Source: Schizochytrium sp. TIO01 (taxonomy: Eukaryota; Protista; Bigyra: Labyrinthulomycetes). From it: DNA of 64,000 nt. Of the stretch, positions 47,843 through 60,037 are shown piece after piece; the stretch's first letter is position 1; each line of letters opens with the position of its first letter. The stretch spans positions 9,468,761-9,532,760 of the forward strand of contig SMSO01000031.1 of the NCBI GenBank assembly GCA_004764695.1, in the 5' to 3' direction. The notes under the pieces were generated by a model that saw nothing but the letters and a program-made list of their open reading frames with translations, was not told the DNA's origin and did no database searches. A program made the translations under genes and the position numbers.

Positions 47843-50340
47843 TCAACCACTCATTCACATCGAACAAACTCTCTGTTTTACAATCTAGCACCTGCCTCCT
47901 CTGCGCCTCAACCGAACGAGCTGGCATGAAGCACAGAAACTAAGGCTTCAGCTGGCTCCCCGCGCGGTTCAAAGGGAAGGCACATCGTTGAGCTGCATGC
48001 GAAATGCACTTCACTCGATATGACCTACTTTGTCTTCACTCTTTTTAAAACATCCACGACTCGCGTGGGCATTCTACGAGGAGGAGCACCATGTACTACC
48101 TATACGTACTCCTTCATGAAGTTAAAAGCACCTCGAATCATTATCTTTATAGCTTTATTCACATCCCTCCACTTCGTATTTTATCTGTTCTACAACTTGA
48201 GTTTATCCAACGATGATAAGGGGCACCATAAAGATCTCACTGGGTGGATGTCAGTAGTCATTTATGACCACGTTCCTGCATCCCCTCCTTCCAGATATTG
48301 AGTGACCTGTCGTAAGTTGGATCTGGCGAACTCAGTCCCCGCTTAATTAAAGAAATGCACCAACACAGAGATAAATAAGTTGGATATAGAAAACTGCTGA
48401 AGTACTTGATTCTTGCATGATGTTTCATGTGAGAATTAATTCCAACAAGATGATTTCTTGTTCATTAGCTCAAGTGACAAAGCGAATGACAAGAAAACTA
48501 CAATTAGCTTGCTCTTAAATTCATCAAACATATTTTTCACCAACACTTGCAAAATGCTGACAGCTCGGTTGTACACGCGTCTAGTGTATTTTTCATCATC
48601 GAAATTTGCCCGAGAGAGTAATGTCATTTGTTATATACTATTGAAGGTAAAAATTATTTTGAAGTCGCACACTAGGGTGATTTTTCTTCTTTCAATTTTA
48701 CTACTCTTCTTTATACCCTAGTAAGTACCGTTTGCTACTGCCTCTTCTTATCCACTGCAGCTTGGAGGAGAGAATCACTCTCTGTGCAATACCTGTAATG
48801 CTGAGGCTGCAAGATATGAATATGCTCACATTATCGACCAGGAGTACTACGGTCTTTTAAACAGTATGTAGTATATTCATGATCCTCCTTTTGTCCTACG
48901 ATTCAGGTATTAATAGCACATTACGGGCATTCGGGCTTTAAGACTTAGAGCAGGATTCTTCGTTCCGCGACGAGCTTGTAAGAGGGCACTGACTTCGATA
49001 TATTCTTGACGCGCCTCTAAAATATCGAAATTGTGGAGCGGCGCATGTTTTGAGTTACTGGATACTAGGTATATAAAGAACGTGTAGAACCCACCGCAGA
49101 ATTTTCGGGCACGAAACTAAATTGAACCAGTACAACGCACATTGAAATTCCCTTATTTGAAACTGATGGGACTTTGTCCCTAGGTAGAAGGGTGCCTCAT
49201 TTATTAGGTGCTACTACTGTTACCGTACTTTTGATATTTTCTTAGTCTCTTACTGGAGCATATGCCGTGACAATACTAAGGCTTTGTTGCGGCCTGTCTG
49301 CTGATTGTTACTAAAACGATCCTTACGGCCGGTGCATGCTTACGCAATTATCAACAGCCTTTTCTGATAGATTCCTCGCTTATTTGCTACACCATATTGC
49401 TTTGTTCACTGAATTGCTTTCTATTTTATCCTTTGGCTAGAGAGGTCTTGATTATCTCGAGTATTTACGCATTCTAGCATTTGATATTGCAGGTCCTATA
49501 GTTGAGGTTCTTTGTAGAAACTTTCATTTCCCTCCTTCAATTTTCAATTGAAAAGCATATAGGTTGTAGGGGCAGGCTTGATAAGGCTGCTCTATTAAAA
49601 TCTGTCGATACCAAAAAATTACATTCAGAAGAAAAGAAAATACATTTTGGCCTCTCGAAATGGTTGCCTACAGAGCAGCTCATGAAATCCATAGCAAAAA
49701 GCACACAACGACCAACACGTGGATGTACGACGCGTTTCTCACCTATAGATCCGAGATCTATTACTTTTTTTAAAAGTAGCTACAAGACATGTGTATATAA
49801 TACCTGCTCAAAATGTAGATCTGAGTGCGTCGGTGAAACCCGAAGGTAAACTTGAGCGTGAGAAAAAGCCCTAGCATAAGTATGTCAACTCCTTTTGAGA
49901 TTCTCCACTAGCATAAACTTTAATGAGAGATTTTTACAGTGAGTATTGGGAGATACATCTGTTCATAGCAACGGGAGCTAAAACAAGAGCTCGGAGTTGT
50001 TTAGGCGTCCTTGGAATGACCATATTTCAAGTAAATCTAGGGCTATTTCAGACAGCATTTTGTATCGATCAAGAAACTTCATCAGCGAGGAAATGTTGCA
50101 TAGTATTATGGATAGCATTTGTATTAGTTTTTATGCAGAGAACAGGCGCGGTGCAAGTTGACAAAAGAAACAAGAAGCAGAAATTGCAATTCGTAGAAAA
50201 GCAGACCTGCAACGCCAGCAGAGCCAAATCAACAACTGTTTTTGAAAGATCAAGCGACAAGGTCCTGCGCCTTCACTTACGTAAGAACTCTCAGAGAACT
50301 ATACGAATTGAGAAGAGAATCGGTAAAGAAGCTAGGGAAA

Positions 50341-51939
50341 ATGAGCCAAGGTACCTTTGCGATAAATGATGCTGCGACACTTTCTCGCGAGCTAGACGAG
50401 ATGAAGGTGTGGATGGAGTCACAGCGGTTCCGTTACACCAAGCGTCCTTACACTCCTGAGCAGGTTGTTTCAATGCGAGGCGATATTGGTTCGCTGACGT
50501 CATCGGAGCACATGTTTGCTCCTTTAGCTACCAAGTTCTACGAGCGTACGCGTCAATGCTTCAATGAGCGTAGTTTCACTGCTACACTTGGTTGCCTTGA
50601 TCCTGTACAAGTCATTCAGGCCAACAAGTACCTTGAGTCTGTGTACGTATCTGGTTGGCAGACCTCTTCTACGGCTTCCTCGAGTAATGAACCTGGGCCG
50701 GATTTTGCCGATTATCCTGCCAACTCTGTTCCTCAAAAGGTCGACCAGCTTTTCAAGGCGCAGCAGCTGCATGCACGCAAGCAGCGTAATGCTCGCTTTA
50801 AGATGAGTGCTCAGCAAAAGGCGTCTACTCCTGAAGTAGACTACTTTCGCCCCATTATCGCTGATGGTGATACCGGGTTTGGAGGGATGACTTCAGTGAG
50901 CAAGTTGATCAAAATGATGATCGAGGCAGGCGCTGCGGGAGTTCATCTTGAAGACCAAAAGGTTGGAGCTAAGAAATGCGGCCATCTTGGTGGCAAGGTT
51001 CTTGTTCCGGTTCTAGAGCATGCGGACCGCATGGCAGCTGCGCGTCTGCAGGCTGACATCATGAAGCACCCGCTAGTGCTGGTCTGCCGAACCGATGCGG
51101 ATGCGGCCAACTTTCTCGAGAACGACATTGATCCTCGAGACCACCCCTTCATCGCAGGCGCAACGAATCCTGCGGCTGGTCGTTTCCTTGAAAGCCCTGA
51201 TCAGTTAGCATGGATGGAAACTGCCGGTCTCAAGAGATACTCTGATGCTGTTGCAGATGCAATGCGAGCTGCAGGCAAGGAAGACCTTATCGAAAAGTGG
51301 ATGAAAGATTCAATGAAGCTTTCTAACGAAGACGCGCACTCTCTTGCTGCGAAGCTCGGATTTAGTGAGGTCTTTTGGGACAAGCAGGCTCCTCGCTCCC
51401 GAGAGGGCTTTTTCCGCGTCATTGGCGGCATCGACTACGCAGTCATGAGAGCCACTGCGTTTGCTGATCTGAGTGATTTAGTCTGGTGTGAAACTGCTCG
51501 TCCCTCTTTAGAGGAGATGCGTGAATTTACGCATGGAGTCCACACAGTGGTCCCGCACCAGATGATTGCTTACAACCTGAGTCCCAGCTTTAACTGGGAC
51601 CTTGCTGGATCAGAAGATGATATCCGCAATTTTCAGCATGAGCTTGCACGCCTTGGCATTCCATGGCAATTTGTAACTCTTTTTGGTCTCCACACAAATG
51701 GTCTGGCCATCGACGTAGCCGCCAAGGCGTTTGCTGGCAAAGACGGCATGCTTGCGTATGTTAAGCACGTGCAAAATCAAGAGCGAGCTCACGGAGTGGA
51801 AACTCTCACCCACCAGCGGTGGTCTGGTGCTGAGCTAATGGATGATTACCTACAGGCCGCCACAAACGGAGGCGCTTCTACTTCCGCGCTTCATGGCTCT
51901 ACCGAAGACCAATTTTCGCAGCAGCGTTCGATGCTGTAA
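50341..51939 (+). CDS. ICL: Isocitrate lyase paralogue (copy 2, relaxed codon usage)
   Basis: Colinear with copy 1 and has the same catalytic motifs (KKCGHLGGKVL, WQFVT). Ends in -SML, a PTS1 variant. First ATG is at 50341; the ORF-track extension from 50242 is a non-ATG start. Confidence 0.95.
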   Translation: MSQGTFAINDAATLSRELDEMKVWMESQRFRYTKRPYTPEQVVSMRGDIGSLTSSEHMFAPLATKFYERTRQCFNERSFTATLGCLDPVQVIQANKYLESVYVSGWQTSSTASSSNEPGPDFADYPANSVPQKVDQLFKAQQLHARKQRNARFKMSAQQKASTPEVDYFRPIIADGDTGFGGMTSVSKLIKMMIEAGAAGVHLEDQKVGAKKCGHLGGKVLVPVLEHADRMAAARLQADIMKHPLVLVCRTDADAANFLENDIDPRDHPFIAGATNPAAGRFLESPDQLAWMETAGLKRYSDAVADAMRAAGKEDLIEKWMKDSMKLSNEDAHSLAAKLGFSEVFWDKQAPRSREGFFRVIGGIDYAVMRATAFADLSDLVWCETARPSLEEMREFTHGVHTVVPHQMIAYNLSPSFNWDLAGSEDDIRNFQHELARLGIPWQFVTLFGLHTNGLAIDVAAKAFAGKDGMLAYVKHVQNQERAHGVETLTHQRWSGAELMDDYLQAATNGGASTSALHGSTEDQFSQQRSML

Positions 51940-54900
51940 TTGTGGGATAACAGGTTCATACAAGTCTACCTCCGGTGGTGGAGGAGGGGAGTATCCAGTC
52001 GTGTCAAACTTGCGTACTTTTATAAGCTATGCCCATTTTCAAGGCCAACTGCGACCACCCAAAGTTCGCAAATATTTTTCACCGCGCGTGTTTGCTACCT
52101 GGTTCTTTACCATCAATCGCCAACTGCCCATGACTTGACGGCACGAGTCGAGCGCGGTGCTTACAAAGACGAAGTCTTACGTTATACCCTAGCCACTCAA
52201 CGACAGTCCTTAAAAGCTTACAAGTGATATTCCTTACAGCCACCGCTTCTACTTGACTTGGCTCTCTTTTCGAGAAGCCAGACACCGTTGGGAGCTTGCA
52301 GCGAAACTCCAAAGTGTCTGCCTACACTGGCACTTCTTCTTTGGCGCATTCTATTCGTCAATGGTCCCGTCGCCAACCTATTGCACGAAGACCTATCTTA
52401 CGACCAATCAGAACAACATCCATGCATGCAAGGTAATCAAAGTGCCTACCGACTAGGAGGTTTGCGATTCGTCGTTTACAACGGCAGCCATAAATTTTGG
52501 ACTGAGAAAAGCAATTAACAGAGACCCTCGTCCAGGAGACTGCAAAATCTCGCGAGGGAGCGAGTGAGTCCACGTGGCTTAGGTGTGAATTTGGGCATGC
52601 AATTGGGCAAAGCACCCAGTAGCGACGGCCAGGCTCGAGAGTCGAACTTCGAGTCGAAGCTCCCCTAATTCGTTGGCAAATTTTCTGTGGAGGAAGCGAA
52701 CTACCTGGATAGTAGAAGTCAAATAATTAATGTCGGTTGTCGTGCAAAACGTGCAAAACGACGTACGGCATCATGAAACTCACAGTACCAATTGTCGTAC
52801 TATCTCTCGAGTCGGGGCAACGTCAAACAGGCCTGTCTTCACAGCACCGCAGCGGCTGAGAAATGGCAAAAGGTAATGGACGACCACATGCAATCCGCGA
52901 GAGCGGCGAGAACCGGAGTTCTGCCGCAGCAAAAGTAGCGCGCGATGTGGCTGCCTGATTTATCAATTGAACAAGCTAACAATTCTGTACATGTGGTCTC
53001 GGGACTCCTATTGTTTACATTAAGCGTCCTTAGCACTGGCAGCAAATAACGTCAGCGGGGTCAGGTTCCACTCCTTTTGCATTCGGGCGAGCGTGATTGA
53101 TGCCTTTTCAGGCGGGCAGCCAGCGGTTGCTGAGAGATCTTGTGGGAACAGGTTTACCACGCCACGCCAGCCTGAAGCACTGACAGGGATCACTGTCGGA
53201 TACGGCATACTTTAGGCTTCACGAGGTTTCCATTTCGTAATATTCATGACAACCTGAATGTGAGGAAGAGGAAGAAGAAAAAAAAGTGCGAAGAGAAGGT
53301 TTTCTTCCCATGTATTCTATATTGTACATCGCATAACCATTTAGAGGCGTAGACATAATGTAGTTAGTTATGTTCAAAGTTATCTCATACATTGATCGCC
53401 TAAAGTTACGCATCAAACTCATCAGTGCATTATAAATATAGAAAAAACAATCGCTCGTGTGAGTTTCAACTTGTTCTTCATCACGCTCCATCATCTTCAG
53501 CATAAAGGCCAAAGCGGCTGACCTTGACACAATGATGACGGTTGGAAATTGGAATGGGTAACACAGGAGTTTCTTCGATGATCCACGATAACTATGTCTA
53601 GTCACATCACGGTCTGCGATGCTTAGTCTAATTTTACAAAAATACAGGAGAACCTCAAGAAATCAACACGTTTTCTTTCCTTTTCTTTGTAACCCAACCT
53701 CCAACCGCTGGACAAGGCCAACGGGGAACGTCGTCGGCAGCGCCAGCACCAGCGGAGAGAGCGAATGTAATTCATACCTACAAATCGCGACCCAGGAAGA
53801 ATGAATTGAATTGGCCAAACTAAACGCGATATGGGAAAGAAAGCCTAGACCTTGGAGTTGCCATGTGTGGGCGGAGCATGTGCACACCCCAAATCGCCTT
53901 AAACTTGGGGCGGCGCGTGCCACGATTAAAGGGGTTTACAAGGGGCACGGGAGCGCTGAGGACATATTTAAGGTACCTCTGCGGGGGAGGCGGCAGAGGC
54001 GGCGCGAGCCCAGACTTGGCGCTGCGCTCCCTCGCTCCCTCGCAGCGCAAGTCAGAGGACCCCGAGGACAACGAGCAGCTCGACGCGAGGCGCAGCTGAC
54101 GAGAGTCGCGTTATGGTGGAAGGCCTGCAGCAGGCTAGGAGCGCCCAGAAGCCGGAGACGGCCGCACTTGCCGCACACTACTACTTGCCATCGTCATGTG
54201 TTTCTGATAACGTTGATTTCCTCAATTTTTTCTTTCTCTCATTCTCTCTTTCTTTCTTTCTTTCTTTCTTTATGATGGCAATGGAAGGTATAAAAAAACT
54301 TTGATTTTTAATATTTGCTTAAAAAGTATGTATAGTATATACGATACATGGATTTAACACTTCGACTTTGTGGAAAGCAATGATATGTATAGTATAGATA
54401 GCTAAACATACATTTTGGGGTAAGCTACACTTACAAAGGCACTGAATGAAAGCTAAAAGAGAGGGGGCGAGGTCTTTCTCTAGTGCTCCACGAATCGGGT
54501 GAACAAATAACTTTACCGCTCTCCATGACCTACCTGCACGCTAAGAACATCTCTCTGCGAGCAGAGCCTGAGTTTGATAACGTATGGTGGCTCCTCGAGT
54601 GATGCTTGTGACTCGTGATTGATTGTGTTCTCCATCCGTGCATCGCTAATTCACAGATAGTGTAAAGTTCTCGCCAAACTTGAAAAGCCAAATGCTGTAG
54701 TTTAAGATTGAGAGGCGAAGCTGGCTGATTCTGAACGCGTAGAAGTACCGCGAGCTAGCAGCGTGTACTGCTACCGCCTTTAATACTACCAGCGACAGGG
54801 AGTTAGTGTATTCACGCCGATGATGGATGCAGTAGTAGTAGGTTTGTTTCTCTTTGAAAAGAGAAAGAATTCCCCAAAAGACAGACGCAGAGAGGGAGAG

Positions 54901-55455
54901 TGCGAAGGTGCACGCGCTGCACAGGGACTTAAAGGAAACTAAAAGGACACTGAAAGGACATTGAAAGGAGTTTAGATAAGCGCAATATGGTAGTTGAAAG
55001 ATGAGTTAAAGGAGAGTAAAAGGAGAGTAAAAGAAAGGCGTCGAGGACGAGAAGGAGATCGAGGTGGCGCCTGAGCTGTTTGTACGTGCTGAGCAAAGCG
55101 CGATCAATCGGTCAATCGATCAATCGATCAGGCTGCGTGCGAGTGCGTGTAGCTTGGCCGTGCGAGAAAGGCAACGTCGGGGGGTTGCTGTGGGCAGCGG
55201 ACTGGACCGGTGAGGAACGAGCGTTTTATAGAAAAGAAGAAGACCAGCTTGCTAGGTCGACGGCTTGTGCTTTCTTGCCTTGTCTCAGGTTGGCCGTACT
55301 TTGGTATTATCAATCTGTGAAAGTAGTCAAGGTTGGCGCTAGGATCGCGGGTAGAGCTTTCACAGAAGCGTAATACCGAAGAGAGCATTGTTGTGCTCGT
55401 GGAGAGCTTGAGTTAAGGTAGCTTTCTTTGGTGCTTGTTTAAGTTTCTGGGAATC

Positions 55456-56241
55456 ATGGCTAAGGACAAGAAAAATGAGGTCGTCGAGGAGGAGGAGTAC
55501 TACGAGACCGGGAGTTCGTCCGACGAGGATTCGGATGACGATGACAGCAGCGAGTACGAGGAAGTCGAAGAGGAGGTCGTGACCGTGCCCAAACGGAACT
55601 CCAAAAAATCTACTCGCGCGCTTCTCCCTTGCGACAATTATCGTGTTGATATCGATGCGCCCACTTTTGGCACATGCAAATGTGGATGGCCCAAGATGGC
55701 GCACGAAAGCAAGCCTGAAAACAAGGCCGCTGAGGCCCTTTCCAAGCTTCACCATGACAAGACCGAGGTTGCACCCGCAAGTGGAGGTCCTTGCATGAAC
55801 TTTCGCCTCGATGTTACCGCCTCCGAGTTTGGTATGTGCAAATGTGGTTACCGCCAGAGTGAGCACAAGGCCAAGGCGGATAACCCAGCACGCAGGGCAT
55901 TGCAATCCCTCAAGGTGACTGCTGCTATGAAACCTGCTGTTAAGGCTGACCGTCCCTGCGATAATTACGTTGCTGATGTGACTGCCTCTGAGTTTGGTAT
56001 GTGTGTCTGTGGCTGGCATAAGAGCGAGCACGGCAAGAAGGAGGAAGATGCTGCTGCTAAGATGCTTCGTGACCTCCACGAACGCAATAAACATGTGAAT
56101 GAGAGTGCAGACCGTGTTGCGCTTGGAATTGAAGATGGCCCTGACGCAGGCAGTGCTGCTAAGAAATCTTCCGATGCCCCTACGCCCCAGGGAGTCGATT
56201 CTTCCACGCCAGCCAAAAAGGGCTGCTGCATTGTTATGTAA
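55456..56241 (+). CDS. Uncharacterised membrane-anchored protein with three C-x14-C-x-C-x6-H zinc-finger-like repeats and a CaaX box
   Basis: Acidic N-terminus. Repeats PCDNYRVDIDAPTFGTCKCGWPKMAH, PCMNFRLDVTASEFGMCKCGYRQSEH and PCDNYVADVTASEFGMCVCGWHKSEH. C-terminus KKGCCIVM. ATG at 55456. Confidence 0.85.
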   Translation: MAKDKKNEVVEEEEYYETGSSSDEDSDDDDSSEYEEVEEEVVTVPKRNSKKSTRALLPCDNYRVDIDAPTFGTCKCGWPKMAHESKPENKAAEALSKLHHDKTEVAPASGGPCMNFRLDVTASEFGMCKCGYRQSEHKAKADNPARRALQSLKVTAAMKPAVKADRPCDNYVADVTASEFGMCVCGWHKSEHGKKEEDAAAKMLRDLHERNKHVNESADRVALGIEDGPDAGSAAKKSSDAPTPQGVDSSTPAKKGCCIVM

Positions 56242-58199
56242 GCCTTCTTTGCTGCGCTCCCCACCTTCCATTCCTCCCCTTCGTCTAAATCTCCTTGATT
56301 CGCTTACCACTTCTTCTCTCTCCGTTTTCTGCTGAGCATAATTGAATACCATACCCGTGGCCCTTCGTCTTATCAAAACCGATTTGTTGTTATTTTGTTC
56401 TATTCTCGCTTGCGTTGAAACTTAGTTCTTCGCTTCCCTCACATTCCCACACTCGGTTCTCTTTTCCTTCTTTTGCTAGCGTTTTCTCTCTGGGTAAGCC
56501 TACATTATTGTGTCCATGTGGTCCAGCTGTCTTTAAGCAGGCTTTTCCATTACCAAGATACGCTTAACCTCAACGCTTACATTTTCAACGTAGTAGTTCT
56601 TCCTCTTTTTTGCCCTTTCCTTAATAGAGATAACCTTAAAAGTCAATCCGAACTCCCTTGTGCGAGATATTCTTCATTTATTTTGCCCATTGCATTTTCT
56701 TCAAATATTCAAAAATCTATTACTTACGCGTTTCCTTTAAAGAAGGTGGACAATGCGCTAGTGCTAACAACATAAATGAATATTTCTTCCCGTTTTTTGT
56801 GAACCTGTGATTTTATGTTTCCAGCTTGCGGTGTGTTGTCTCGCTCGAAGGCATTATATAATATGAAGTTGTATATTCCTCTTTCCATCACAGTAGTCCA
56901 AGAACGCATTCAGAGCCTTCAGGGAAATGGACCCGAACGAATCCCTTATTTCTGGAGTGCTCGCAGACTACATTTCACGAAAGAGAGATTGCACTTTTGT
57001 TCACAATGCATTTGTGTCTTGCGATAATAGTACACGTATTTTTCTATACCATGGTGAAAACATTTATATTACATGTTTTCTCTTGAGTTTTCTGGGTAAC
57101 TAGACTACTCTCACGTGCATTTTTATACCCAGTACTGGTAGATTGTTTTAAAGGTTAAGTGGTACTATCTTGGAATCGAACGATCTTCTTCTTCTATTTT
57201 TTTAAAAGGAGAGAAGTAATTGCCCAATTTTAATTCCTGAACAAAACATATTAAGTTTTCACCAATATATTGATAAAGCAGTCCTGCGTTCTTATAGTTA
57301 CCAAAATATTACTTTTATAGATCTGTAGCTAAAAACCCCAGCCTTGAAAATTTAGTTTCTATCCCAGCAACACTATGTTGATTTGTTTGGAGGTTTCGAA
57401 TGCGGGTCCATTTATGCGTTAGATGTTTAAGGCGTTCTCCTATTTAGCTAGCATCAGCCAAAATAAAGCATTGCTGAAGCTTCTTGGTTTTCAACTTTTG
57501 CTAAGCAAGTATATTACACGGCACCGCGGTCCTTAAATGCCAACCCATTGCCCCAAAAAATCGCCATTCTCGAGCTGCTCTGTACACAACCCACTTGTCG
57601 AAAAACACCGTGCCACAAGCGATGCTGATAGATTGGACCCCGTGTGCTTGAGCACCTGGTAGATTTCATTTATCAAGCGAGATCACAGTGACCGAACAAG
57701 ATACCATAAAGACCTCCATCGTCCTTCTCCGAACCGAATGATCCCCGCACAACGATCGTTTCACGTTTCTTCTCAGCACAATCATCCAGTGTGCGTGCGT
57801 GTGTGCATGCGCATACCTGTGTAAATGTGTGCAAGTTAAGCGCAAACTGCACCTTTCCTCGACCAGATTCTCCTCAATTGACCACCACGAGCGCCGACTA
57901 CCTCGAGGATATCTCCACAACCGAGCTGTTCCTACTTCCTAGCGACAGCACCTGCAGCTGCGCTGACGCATATGCCCCGCGGCCGGGCCAGAGCCTGGAC
58001 CACTTGAAGAATCCTCTCAACGCATCCGTGCATCAAACTAGAGCCAACCAATCTCCTCCTCGCGCCTCTCTTCGCAGCTCTTCAACGCCCAAACCGCCTC
58101 AAAGCTCCGCTCCCACGAACCTGAAATCCATAACCCTCAAATGCATAAACTTTACACCAACAAAACAAAGCAAAATGTAATGTCGTCTGCCGGGGAGCC

Positions 58200-58268
58200 A
58201 TTAAAATACGCCCTTGCACCAATTAAAATACGCCCTTTATTAATTAAAATACGCGCTTGCGCAAGCGC
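58200..58268. repeat. Three 16-nt direct repeats (period 22/21 nt) ending in a perfect 16-bp palindrome
   Basis: ATTAAAATACGCCCTT at 58200 and 58222, ATTAAAATACGCGCTT at 58243, and GCGCTTGCGCAAGCGC at 58253-58268. Confidence 0.85.
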
Positions 58269-60037
58269 TCTTGTTCGTACCCTCCATATTAGCCATAGTA
58301 GTTTATTAAAACAAAACAAAAAAACCCACCACAAAGTGAGTGAGTGATGTGGAGGCTACTGAGGTCCTAGCGACGCTTAGGGATCTGTGATTGTAGCAAT
58401 AATAGTATCGAAAGGCTCTTCTTGGGAAGGAAGAGAAGAGAAAACCAAAAAACTCGAGAGCCAATGGGTGCCATGCGAATAAGGGACAAAGGGCGCTGTG
58501 TGCACCGCGATACGTTGGCGGGAAAAGCGCCGAGAAGCGAAGCGCGTTTTGCTCGAGTTCAAGATGGACTCGTGGCACAAGAAGTGGAGGAGTCGTTGGG
58601 ACCCATGCTCCGCGAAGGCGGGGTGCTGCACGTGAAGAGGTTGCGGGCGATTGTCTGGTTCTTGCCTGTGCGGAGTTCTACCGCTAGCCAGCGGCTGAGT
58701 TTGATGTGACGATGATGATCTTGGGTTATATATAATACTGACTGACTGACTGACACCCGGGTTTAGTTTGTGCAGAGAATGAGCGATCAATGACTTCTTT
58801 TAGCTGTTTAGAGGTTGTGGTGGACGTTGTTGGCGCTGAAGTTATGCGTGCGAATGACGCAGTTCGTTCGATGCTTGCCTTGCTTGCTTGCTTGATTGCT
58901 TTTGGAGAGTCCGCAGATCGTCACCATCGAGACGGACCCGGTGGCGACTGCCTTTGCGAACGTTTGCTCATTCGAGTTCGTAGCAGTAGATAAAAGCAAA
59001 CGCTCTCTAAGCTCTCCGTCATCATCCATGGCGATCACCATCGCCATCACCAATCGCAGAATCATAATGAATGATGCTTTCCGCTATTTCACAGAAAACC
59101 GCGATAAATCCACGTGAAAAGCCAAACCGCCCAAACACCCTCGGGCACGTTGAGCTCGTGGCGAACCTGGCCAGCATGCATCTCGGATTCCAAGCTTCAG
59201 AACTTGAACTCGAACTTGAGCTTGAAGTCGAACCTGAACTCGAGAGAGCTGCAATACAGTATAAAAAGCATCAACAACGAAAGTGATTGAGAGAGGAAAT
59301 AGGAAATGAACAAATAAAAACTCTCACTGAAAAAGACCACGAGCCGAGGGCGTACGCGGGGTCCGGTAATATATTGCTGCGGCGCCTCAGGGAATCAAGA
59401 CCTGACAGAACAAACCTCGTACTCAAGCTGCCTCGAGGACGACGGCTCTGGCTCAGCCGCGGGGCCAGTCGCTACGGCGGAACTCGAGGGAAGCTTCTGC
59501 GTTTCACTGAAGGGTAAATCAAACAGCGGCGCCGCTCCTCGTGTCGCTGCAGGTTCTAACACTTTGAGAGTCCTCGGGGATTGACAGGCAGTCGGTCATT
59601 CATTCAATCCATTTGACATTGCAAAACCTCCTTGTTTCGTAGCTATACAAAAGGAACAAAATAGCTGAAAACGAAGCGCACGCGTGCTCGCCAAAGAAGA
59701 ACGAGGAACATAGAGCTCTGTCTGCGTGAGGAAAGCAAGCTGGCGAAGACTCGGGGAGGCGCACCACAATACCTTGAAAGATTGCGGAGCTAAGGTTGCC
59801 TGAGATTTAGGGTGCACCACAAAGGCGAGCGAGTGAACGTGCACAAACTTGCGAAATTGCCCCAGCTGGTACATCTTAGTTATACATTCATTGATACATA
59901 GAGAAGGTACAGAGGTTTACGTTTGCACACGCATATATATTCCTGTTTCCGGATCAGACTGCTGCAATCGTCGTTGACGGTGACAGCAGCTGCAATTTAG
60001 CAGGTGAAGCAAATATAGGTTCCCAGGGATCACAGAA

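Noticed and set aside
50242-50340. N-terminal extension of ICL copy 2 in the ORF track
   Set aside because: It begins at TTG and has no counterpart in copy 1; the ATG at 50341 aligns with the paralogue start.
17598-54919. CACGCGCTG upstream of three genes (17598, 29181, 54911)
   Set aside because: The motif is short and its core CACGCG recurs at many other positions, so enrichment cannot be shown from this window.
55360-56376. 338-aa antisense ORF over the zinc-finger CaaX gene
   Set aside because: The sense ORF carries the conserved repeats and the CaaX box; the antisense product is featureless.
58200-58258. Possible mini-CRISPR array or Helitron 3' end
   Set aside because: The spacers are only 5-6 nt, there are no cas genes, and the context is eukaryotic. 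No CTRR terminus follows the palindrome.
59200-59245. GAACTY hexamer run encoding ELELELELEVEPELE
   Set aside because: It is a simple repeat inside a short ORF with no other coding evidence.
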